Shown one piece after another: positions 57,301 to 64,000 of a DNA stretch of 64,000 bases. Source of the DNA: an uncultured Gemmatimonadaceae bacterium (lineage in GTDB: Bacteria > Gemmatimonadota > Gemmatimonadetes > Gemmatimonadales > Gemmatimonadaceae); assembly GCA_966096095.1 (NCBI GenBank), contig CBHTUR010000018.1, positions 20,271 through 84,270 on the forward strand, in the 5' to 3' direction. Each line of letters starts with the position of its first letter. Positions within the stretch are counted from its first letter, which is position 1. The position numbers and the translations under genes were made by a program. Below the pieces are notes generated by a model. The model ran no database searches and was not told the DNA's origin. It saw nothing but the letters and a program-made list of their open reading frames with translations.

Positions 57301-58465
57301 ACGCTCACTGGCCCGGCCGGTTGGCGCACTGCGCGAAGCTGCGCTGAGCATCGCCGCGGGACGCGACGCCACGGCACTCGGCAGCGCTCCCGCGACGGAG
57401 TTCGCGCCAGTCTATCGCGCATTCGGTCGCATGTCGGAGGATTTGACGACCAGCCGCGCGGCTCTCGAGGCGGCCCAACGGCGCACCGCAGCCGTGCTAC
57501 AGCACGTGGCCAGCGGTGTGGTGGCGTTTGATCGAGACGGCGCGGTAACGATTGCCAATCCGCGCGCGGAAGAAATCCTCGCTGCCTCACTGCCGCCTGG
57601 AACGGCCTCACTTGATTCGCTGCCCGCCGAGTGCGCACCGATCGTGGTACGTTGCCGCACGTTCTTGGCGCACGACAACGATGAAGACGCATTCGATCAC
57701 CAATGGCGCGGGCGACAGCTGCGAGGCCGTCTGACCAGACTGCCAGGTGGCGCGGTTCTCACGCTCGATGACGTGACCGAGCTGGCGTCCGCGCAGCGCG
57801 TGCTGGCGTGGGGTGAGATGGCGCGTCAGGTCGCGCATGAGATCAAAAATCCGCTCACACCGATTCGCCTGGGTGTTCAGCATTTGCGTCGTGCCTATCG
57901 CGACGGGCGTCCGGAATTCGGCGATATCCTCGACACGAACGTGACCCGCGTCCTCTCGGAGATTGATCGACTGGACGAAATCGCGCGCGCCTTCAGCCGC
58001 TACGGAACAGCTCCCGATCAACGCGCACCGGCCGTGCAGGTCGATGTGCGCGCGGTCGCGCACGATGTGCTTGAACTCGAGCGTCTCGGCGAAAGCGGAG
58101 TTCAGTGGCAGTTCGACGCGCCGGACGATACCGAGAGCGTGTTCGCACTGGGGCAACGTGACGAACTCAAAGAGGTGCTGCTCAACCTGCTTGAGAACGC
58201 CCGACTTGCACACTCTCACGTGGTGCGCGTGTCGGTGCTCCGCGACGGAGAGACTGCGGTGATCGAAGTGCGGGACGACGGGCAGGGGATTGCACCCGAT
58301 GTGTTGCCGCACGTCTTTGAACCGCACTTCTCGACTCGTACCAGCGGCAGTGGTTTGGGGCTCGCCATCAGCCGGCGTCTGATTGAGGGTTGGGGCGGGC
58401 GCATTACGCTCGAAAGCGTGCCGGGTGCGGGAACGTGCGTTCGCGTGAGCCTGAAGATCGGTTAA
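54365..58465 (+). CDS. Very large multi-TM sensor histidine kinase (NtrY-like HAMP-PAS-HisKA-HATPase)
   Basis: AWGEMARQVAHEIKNPLTPI, NLLENA, DDGQGI, FEPHFSTR, GSGLGL. Confidence 0.92.
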   Translation: MTELPAGWTPAQTDERLPRSTRWPVLWVASASMALLAMAAWQRRPGWVALAFVAAGTLGSVATNRSIRAPRWIATGASVLLAMALTLAVGDTRTLDTVTRDWREWSSAEREARATRVAASLTSTASALTAAAQRIAQDTALLSTLGAGVLDATTEASTATAVLSPPLAGRTESAILVFRGSALMARAGQLRTTVAARGQPGIRLVDEPFYSSLEARAISPNGADQVVTVALIAARPPADHFARALIESTGRTDLSSTIVESPDSSRVEEGTTVIVVPDGPRRLARVRALARTDGEAQLELLQRARARTAVPVVLAALLVLAVSWRRPARTVHRMAVTLVLLLAVAVAPLSALSNVSPLFDASSYYVRMAGPLTANVAALLLTAALGLAMLFLILRSGRVVRITSAKALASLMVIVSATLGPFVLRDLSRGIALPADGVSIELWIAWQLAIALAGASVLHVGAAAGQTILGGRRGLPGVAAPSMAIVAALLAPNLWQSPGGWPGWYPVLWALAILALAFTRRGVALVTGAAIIAGTGAVTLTWGATVRARMSLAQHDLARLSAVDENAYRLLERFALTIAGDPRGVAQSDGLLRRFAASELAQAGYPTRMARWDSLPAPTPMSELRLAPLTDSIGAQSVIASMARESGAVEIRAVEDGPTTVLIAAIPAPDHTVTTVAVPPRTRLLPSDPFALLTGLAGTRGGEPPYRLTLSAATPLDSTSRPLVWRRRGDTMHGDGVASGGLESRLIHVEVDLRSLDVLAPRGALLVLLDVAVVLVLWGTSAMADGAFGRWLRVRRARLARSYRVRLSAALLASFLAPAAVFAGWSWYRLQDDDRASRELLVREALRTAASDVARRDLATTASSVGSPLFLYRSGQLLTASDTLLSSLAPLGRLLPLTNDESDFASDDVFATRRVPVGNSQALVGFRRVAAIAEGLVVVTPARGDEFALDERRADLGVLLLFTASLGALAAFWLSGVAARSLARPVGALREAALSIAAGRDATALGSAPATEFAPVYRAFGRMSEDLTTSRAALEAAQRRTAAVLQHVASGVVAFDRDGAVTIANPRAEEILAASLPPGTASLDSLPAECAPIVVRCRTFLAHDNDEDAFDHQWRGRQLRGRLTRLPGGAVLTLDDVTELASAQRVLAWGEMARQVAHEIKNPLTPIRLGVQHLRRAYRDGRPEFGDILDTNVTRVLSEIDRLDEIARAFSRYGTAPDQRAPAVQVDVRAVAHDVLELERLGESGVQWQFDAPDDTESVFALGQRDELKEVLLNLLENARLAHSHVVRVSVLRDGETAVIEVRDDGQGIAPDVLPHVFEPHFSTRTSGSGLGLAISRRLIEGWGGRITLESVPGAGTCVRVSLKIG

Positions 58466-58473
58466 ACTTGGGC

Positions 58474-60267
58474 ATGTCGACCGAGCTCACCCCGCCGCTC
58501 GAGCCTCCCGCTCACCGCGCCACTGCTTCGCCGCCGCCGCATCTTGAGGCGTGGACGCTGCCGCCGGGATGGGCATGGGGGAGCGAAGGATTGTTGCGCG
58601 AGCATCGCCACTATCAGGAAGTAGTCGATGCGCTCGGGCGCTCGTTGTCGTTGGTGAGTGCGCCGCGAGAGGAACACTCCGATTGGTTGAAGCGTGAGGC
58701 GCGTGCGCTGGCGCATCGTAATCATCCGTCGATTCCCACCACGTATCACTATTGGGCGTCGTACGCGGAGAGTCGGCGAGGGCCGGGTTATCTGCGACGC
58801 TGGATCAGCGGCGAGACGGTGCGTTCACGCGTCACCCGTCTTGGTCCCGAAGGTGTGCCGTTTGCCATGCAAGTGCTTCGCGAAGCCGGAAGCACGTTGG
58901 CCTATCTGCACGATACCGGTGCCGCGCACGGCGCGATTTCGCCGGAGACGGTCTGGCTTACGCCGGGTGGTCGATTGTGGTTGCTCGGCTGGGAGTGGGT
59001 GCTCCCGAAAGAACAGTTGCCGGCAGGTTTGTTTCCCGATCCGATGTTCACGGTGACCGCGCCGGAGTGGCGCGATCGCGGATGGCAGCCAACGGCGCAC
59101 TCGGATCAATGGCAACTGTCGGCGATGCTCTTTACGATGCTTACCGGCGAAACGCCACCGGACGTCGACTCGCCGCCGATGGCGCTGCTGCGCGCGGATT
59201 GCCCGCAGTCGTTGGCCACGGTGATTGAGCGTGGTCTCGCGAGCGATCCATCGCTGCGCTATCCGTCGGTGGGCGCGATGTTGCGCGATCTCGATCGGCA
59301 TGGGCCAGTGAGGCCGGTGTTCATTGCGCCGGAAGGCGATGAATTGCCGGCGACCGTGGAGTCGCCGGAAGATCGTCTGCGCTGGGCAACGGGCGATGAC
59401 TACGAGATTCTCGCGCCCCTTGGACGCGGAATGTTCGGCAGCGTGTGGCGCGCACGCGATTTGTCGTTGGCGCGCGAAGTTGCGATCAAAGTGTTGCATC
59501 CGCACATCGCGAAAGACGATGTCGCCGTAGCGCGCTTCCGTCGCGAAGCACGACTCGCGGCGCAACTCGCGCATCCGGCCATCGTGCCGATTTACGACAC
59601 CGATAGCCGCGGTGACATCGTGTGGTACACGATGGAGTTGGCGGAAGGCGGTTCGGTAGCGAGTCTCGTTTCGCGAAGCGGGCCGCGCCCGTTCGAAGAA
59701 ATCGCGGAGCCCGTGGACGATGTGCTCGAAGCGCTGATCGCGGCGCATTCCAGCGGCATCATTCACCGCGATCTCAAGCCGGAAAACATTCTCATCGATC
59801 GTTATCGTCGCTGGCGAATCGGTGACTTCGGTATCGCCTATGCGCTCGGCGAAGAGCGCGCCGGGACCTCTGGCACTCCCTCATTCGCGGCACCCGAGCA
59901 GTTGTTGGGCGAAGCGCAGGGGCCGGCTACGGATTGCTACGCGCTGGCGAGCATCGTGTACTTCGTGCTGACCGGCAAGCCGCCGTTTGGAGATGGGTCG
60001 GGCGAGTTTATTCTGGCGCAACAGCTTGCCGACAAACTCGGCGAGCGACTCGCTCAGGAAGGATTCGCCGATGGTCTCGCCGAATGGTTGCGGCATGGTC
60101 TGGCCACCAACGTCGAAGATCGATTTGGCGACGCCGAAGAAATGCGACTCGCGTGGCGACAGGTGGTGCGAATGCTGCGACGCGCCGAAGATCCACGGCC
60201 GTGGTGGCGGCGCCTTATTGAGGGCCCGTCTGAAGATGGCGAAGCCGCACCGTCTTCTGATTGGTGA
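58474..60267 (+). CDS. Ser/Thr protein kinase with an N-terminal pseudokinase domain
   Basis: C-terminal domain has GRGMFGSV, VAIK, HRDLKPEN, DFG, GTPSFAAPEQ; N-terminal domain has LKREARAL, YLH, HGAISPETV, APEW, SDQW. Start ATG 58474. Confidence 0.9.
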   Translation: MSTELTPPLEPPAHRATASPPPHLEAWTLPPGWAWGSEGLLREHRHYQEVVDALGRSLSLVSAPREEHSDWLKREARALAHRNHPSIPTTYHYWASYAESRRGPGYLRRWISGETVRSRVTRLGPEGVPFAMQVLREAGSTLAYLHDTGAAHGAISPETVWLTPGGRLWLLGWEWVLPKEQLPAGLFPDPMFTVTAPEWRDRGWQPTAHSDQWQLSAMLFTMLTGETPPDVDSPPMALLRADCPQSLATVIERGLASDPSLRYPSVGAMLRDLDRHGPVRPVFIAPEGDELPATVESPEDRLRWATGDDYEILAPLGRGMFGSVWRARDLSLAREVAIKVLHPHIAKDDVAVARFRREARLAAQLAHPAIVPIYDTDSRGDIVWYTMELAEGGSVASLVSRSGPRPFEEIAEPVDDVLEALIAAHSSGIIHRDLKPENILIDRYRRWRIGDFGIAYALGEERAGTSGTPSFAAPEQLLGEAQGPATDCYALASIVYFVLTGKPPFGDGSGEFILAQQLADKLGERLAQEGFADGLAEWLRHGLATNVEDRFGDAEEMRLAWRQVVRMLRRAEDPRPWWRRLIEGPSEDGEAAPSSDW

Positions 60268-61615
60268 ACTCACGAAAACCAATCGGGCCTAGCTCTCGTC
60301 CGAGTCCCGATCGCTTGATGCCTCCGAAAGGAAATCGCGCGTCGGACGCCACCATATCGTTGACGAAGACCATACCGGCGTCGAGCTGACGAACGCATCG
60401 CTCAGCGCGCTCGGCGCTTTGCGTCCAGACGCTGGCGCCGAGTCCAAACGGTGTGGCGTTGGCGAGGGCAATGGCTTCGCGCTCTCCGGCCACGCGAAAG
60501 ACTGCCGCGACTGGTCCGAACAGCTCTTCGCACGCGGCGGCGGAATCGGTGGGCACGTCGACGAGAATGGTGGGTGCCACAAAATACCCGGCCTCGCCGA
60601 TCGTGGAGCCACCTGCGATGACGCGCGCACCGCGCGCAACCGACGACGCGATTTGTGAGAGGAGTCCGTCGCGAACGGAGGCGGTCGCGATCGGGCCGAT
60701 TTGTGTGTTCTCATCGCGCGGATCACCAACGACCAACGCCGAGATTCCGGTCGCGAATCGCTCGAGAAATTCATCGTACACGTTACTGCACACGATGAAG
60801 CGCTTGGCCGCGATGCAGGACTGCCCGGAATTCACCGTACGGGCCGCAACAGCGGTACGGGCAGCGGTCTCGACGTCAGCGTCGTCGAGAACGATGAATG
60901 GATCACTCCCGCCGAGTTCGAGCACGACTTTCTTGAGTGCGCGTCCGGCCACTTCGGCGACATGACGTCCGGCGCGGTCGCTGCCGGTGAGGGTGACACC
61001 CGCAATGCGATCGTCAGCGATGAGTGCGTCGAGATCGGCGACGTCGATGAGACCGACCGCGCAGGGCGCGTTGTTCGCCGCCGCCATCGCCTTGGCCTCA
61101 TCGAAGCACGCTTGCAGCAAACGCGCGCTTCCCGGTACCGACGGGGCAGGCTTGATAATGACTCCATTGCCGGCGAGCAACGCAGGCACAGCGAAGCGCA
61201 GCGCTTGCCAGTACGGAAAATTCCATGGCATGATGGCCAGCACGGTGCCCAGCGCGTCGTAGCGCACGCTCACGTGCGCGCTCTCATCGTCGACCAACGT
61301 GTCACTCGCGAGTGCCGCGCGCGCCATCGACGGCGCCTGTTCACAGAGCAACGCGCACTTATCGACTTCCGCCCGCGCCGCTGTGATGGGTTTACCCATT
61401 TCCGTCGTGAGTGCCATCGCGAGTGCTTCGCGATGCCGACGGAGGGCGGACCCGAGGGCGAGTATGAAGGGTGAGCGATCGCTCAACTCGCTCGAGCGCC
61501 AGCTCCGTTGCGCGTCATGAACAGCGCGGACAAGGGATTCGCGTTCGTTTGCGGTCAGCGCGGGCACGGTATACAACGGCGCGCCGGTTGTCGGATCGAT
61601 TGCCACGAAGGTCAT
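60215..61615 (-). CDS. NAD(P)-dependent aldehyde dehydrogenase (succinate-semialdehyde dehydrogenase-like)
   Basis: IMPWNFP, LTGS, LELGGSDP, GQSCIA, EELFGP, PFGGIKRSG.GRE. Confidence 0.92.
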   Translation of the reverse strand: MTFVAIDPTTGAPLYTVPALTANERESLVRAVHDAQRSWRSSELSDRSPFILALGSALRRHREALAMALTTEMGKPITAARAEVDKCALLCEQAPSMARAALASDTLVDDESAHVSVRYDALGTVLAIMPWNFPYWQALRFAVPALLAGNGVIIKPAPSVPGSARLLQACFDEAKAMAAANNAPCAVGLIDVADLDALIADDRIAGVTLTGSDRAGRHVAEVAGRALKKVVLELGGSDPFIVLDDADVETAARTAVAARTVNSGQSCIAAKRFIVCSNVYDEFLERFATGISALVVGDPRDENTQIGPIATASVRDGLLSQIASSVARGARVIAGGSTIGEAGYFVAPTILVDVPTDSAAACEELFGPVAAVFRVAGEREAIALANATPFGLGASVWTQSAERAERCVRQLDAGMVFVNDMVASDARFPFGGIKRSGLGRELGPIGFREFTNQKTVRLRHLQTGPQ

Positions 61616-61622
61616 AAACGAA

Positions 61623-61658
61623 GGTCGGCGCCTGCTCGAAGTTGAGCAAGCGCCGACC
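61623..61658 (-). terminator. Hairpin after the GGDEF gene, ending 7 nt before the aldehyde dehydrogenase ATG
   Basis: Minus strand: GGTCGGCGCTTGCTC-aacttc-GAGCAGGCGCCGACC (one G-U pair), followed by TTCGTTT. Confidence 0.6.
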
Positions 61659-61690
61659 GGTCAAGCCAAAACGACTTCGACGCGCTGGTC

Positions 61691-63091
61691 CTACGATGCG
61701 CGGTTGACGCTATACGGTCGACCAACCGGTGCCTGCGGCAGACGAGCCGCCGCCGCGACTGCGGTCGCGCGGGCGATTGCCGCGACTTCCGGCGGAACGG
61801 GGAGCACTCCGTTGTTCAAGGATCGGGTGCCGATTGTAGGGCGAGGGCGCGAACGAGTGGCCGATCGCTGGGCCGCGCGTTCGGTAGTCGCAAGCGTGAG
61901 CTTTCGACGTTTCTTGCGCGCGTAGAGCAAGGAATCGGCCCGAGCGAGTAGTTCGGCGACGCCGGCGCTGTCCGTTGGGCGCACACGTGTGTGGCCGATC
62001 GTGAGCGACAGTGGGGCCGCGAGCTCGCCTGAGGCGTTGAGCAACGCGAGCCGTTCTTCGATGCGGCGCTGAATGATGCGAGCGGCAACGCGATCGGCAT
62101 CGAGTGCCATGATCGTGAACTCGTCACCACCCATTCGCCCGACGACATCACAATCGCGCACCGCCTTGCGCAGCAGCCGGCTGACGGCCGCCAGGGCGCG
62201 ATCCCCCTCGGCGTGACCGAACTGATCGTTCAGCGCCTTGAAGTCGTCCATGTCCACGTACAGCATGACGGCATCCTTCATCTGCCGGCGTGCGATCCGC
62301 AGTTGTTGATCGGCCAACATGAGGAAGCCGCGTCGATTGTACAGTCGCGTCAGTTCGTCCGTCAGTGATGCGCGCCGCAGCTGCAGTTCTTCGCGTTTGC
62401 GCGCCGAGGTGTCGCGCAGCGTGACGGCCAAACCCTCGCCGGTCGGCACGACTTGATGGCCAAGCCAGCCGCCCGCGAACATCCGCCGGCTGACTCGAAC
62501 TTCCTCGGAGAGCGGCGCACGGGAGTTGAGCACCGCGCTGTAGCGCGAGATTGCCGGTTCGTAGATGCTGACAGGGAAATCGCGACGCAGCCGCTTACCC
62601 AAGAGGGCCGAGCGTTCGGACCGAACGAGTGCGGCACCCGCCGGATTTACATCTGCGATTTCGAAGTCGTTCGCGTCGCCCTGAGCATCTTTCACTGGCC
62701 GAAGCAGGAAGATGCCATCCGCGCTCGCAAACATGGCGTCGTGCATCTGCTGTTGCCGCGCACGGTCCGACTCGCCTACCGCAGTGGCATTATCGTCGCC
62801 GTCGGCCAGTACGCGGCGGAGCAGTACGAGTCCTACCAGCGCCATCATGAAGGCGGCCAGCGAGATCAGCGGCGCAACGTCCGTGAAAGACGGCAGCCCC
62901 GAGCCCATGAGCCGCGGGAGCCCGAGACCGAAAGCGGTCGTGGCGCTGAAGTGCGATGAGGTGCCCACGGACAGGAGTCCGCCGGCACTGGCGCAGATCG
63001 CAAGCACTCCCCAAAAGAGCGAGCGCGTGGCGAGACGTTCGAACATAAGAGTTTGAGGTTGGTGCCAGGCGTCGCCGAGAGACATCGACAT
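61691..63091 (-). CDS. Membrane-anchored PAS-GGDEF diguanylate cyclase
   Basis: Two TM segments, PAS-like region, DELTRLYNRR, D.DDFKALNDQFGH..GD, RDCD I-site, GGDEF; start 63091 or 63046. Confidence 0.9.
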   Translation of the reverse strand: MSMSLGDAWHQPQTLMFERLATRSLFWGVLAICASAGGLLSVGTSSHFSATTAFGLGLPRLMGSGLPSFTDVAPLISLAAFMMALVGLVLLRRVLADGDDNATAVGESDRARQQQMHDAMFASADGIFLLRPVKDAQGDANDFEIADVNPAGAALVRSERSALLGKRLRRDFPVSIYEPAISRYSAVLNSRAPLSEEVRVSRRMFAGGWLGHQVVPTGEGLAVTLRDTSARKREELQLRRASLTDELTRLYNRRGFLMLADQQLRIARRQMKDAVMLYVDMDDFKALNDQFGHAEGDRALAAVSRLLRKAVRDCDVVGRMGGDEFTIMALDADRVAARIIQRRIEERLALLNASGELAAPLSLTIGHTRVRPTDSAGVAELLARADSLLYARKKRRKLTLATTERAAQRSATRSRPRPTIGTRSLNNGVLPVPPEVAAIARATAVAAAARLPQAPVGRPYSVNRAS

Positions 63092-63144
63092 CGAAATCGC
63101 GGGGCTGCCCGCTGCGGCACCGACGGCGGGCAGACAACGGCTAG

Positions 63145-63161
63145 CGCACGGGTTGTGCCAA
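63145..63161 (-). promoter_or_regulatory. Putative sigma54 (-24/-12) promoter of the GGDEF gene
   Basis: Minus strand TTGGCACAACCCGTGCG with correct GG-to-GC spacing; AT-rich tract upstream. Confidence 0.5.
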
Positions 63162-63363
63162 CCGTGACACATTCGTTGGAATCGACGAATTTACTTCATT
63201 GAAAAAGTCGTAAAGTCTTAATATGCATGAATTTAACGACAGGCAAAATATGTGAAAAACCCGCGGCTTCGGCGCGTTGAGGGACGAACTCGGCTTCGAC
63301 CGACGGAGGTCATTTCGTCCCAATATTCGCTGTCCCCGGCAAGAAATGCCGGGAGTTTCCTGA

Positions 63364-64000
63364 CTAGTCAGCGCCCAGGAGCAGGCGTGACTCAATGGCC
63401 GCGTAACGGGCTTCGGACTCGCGATCTGGCACGAGCAGCGACACCAGAATGCCGACCGTGAATGACAACGGAATCGTGACGAGCGCCGGATTCTTGAGTG
63501 GGAACACAGCGGTGGCGTGATGCAGCAGGTCGATCTGTACGGCTGGCGAGAGCGCGATCAGCGTGAGCGTGGCAACTGCGCCCGTAATCATGCTGGCGGA
63601 CGCGCCAACCGTGCTGGTACGGCGCCAGAAGATGCTGAGGACGAGCGCCGGGAAGTTCGCGCTGGCGGCGATGGCGAACGCGAGGCCGACCATGAACGCG
63701 ACGTTCTGCCCTTTGAATGCAATGCCGAGCAGCATGGCGACGGCGGCAAGCGCGATGGTCGCAATGCGAGCCACTTTGAGCTCTTCGCCCGCTTTCGCGT
63801 GTCCCTTGCGAATCACGCTGGCCCAGAGATCGTGTGAGATGGTTGCTGCGCCGGAGAGCGCGAGGCCAGCCACGACCGCGAGAATGGTGGCAAAGGCAAC
63901 GGCCGCGATGAATCCGAGGAAGGGACGTCCACCGAGCAATTCCGCCAGCATCGGCGCCGCCATGTTGCCGCCGGCATCGACGCCCTTGATTGCGGCGGGA
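63364..64000 (-). CDS. actP: Cation/acetate symporter (SSS family), 3' part; runs off the right edge
   Basis: NMAAPMLAE.LGG, AVAFATILAVVAGL, GQNVAFMVGLAFAIAASANFP, FPLKNPALVTIPL. Confidence 0.9.
   Translation of the reverse strand, partial: PAAIKGVDAGGNMAAPMLAELLGGRPFLGFIAAVAFATILAVVAGLALSGAATISHDLWASVIRKGHAKAGEELKVARIATIALAAVAMLLGIAFKGQNVAFMVGLAFAIAASANFPALVLSIFWRRTSTVGASASMITGAVATLTLIALSPAVQIDLLHHATAVFPLKNPALVTIPLSFTVGILVSLLVPDRESEARYAAIESRLLLGAD

Noticed and set aside
63154-63171. TGT-N12-ACA match upstream of the GGDEF gene as a PpsR site
   Set aside because: It is unpaired, lacks the inner AA/TT bases seen in the PGC boxes and coincides with the sigma54-like element; probably chance.

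Overview
High-GC bacterial DNA, most likely a phototrophic Gemmatimonadota (Gemmatimonas-like) genome; this is inferred from the pufB-A-A-L-M-C layout, the split puhA and the overall gene order. Bases 1-39705 hold a photosynthesis gene cluster (PGC): bchG-pucC-bchP followed by hemA-hemE-hemF-hemY, ppaA-ppsR, bchFNBHLM-bciE-acsF-lhaA-puhA(split)-puhBC, pufBAALMC, bchO, crtF-bchCXYZ and bchID-puhE, with PpsR-type boxes at four promoter regions. Bases 39717-53445 hold an unusual tripartite ABC exporter operon: one TolC, one MacA-like adaptor and one ATPase, followed by EIGHT tandem MacB/FtsX-type permease genes that strictly alternate between two subfamilies (four A-B pairs, about 2.5 kb period). 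This array is the strongest candidate for an undescribed system. The remainder encodes a beta-rich hypothetical protein, a very large NtrY-like histidine kinase, a pseudokinase-kinase tandem Ser/Thr kinase, an aldehyde dehydrogenase, a GGDEF protein and a partial actP. No rRNA, tRNA, CRISPR array or mobile element was seen. Family assignments come from motif recognition and recalled homologues; no database search was run.
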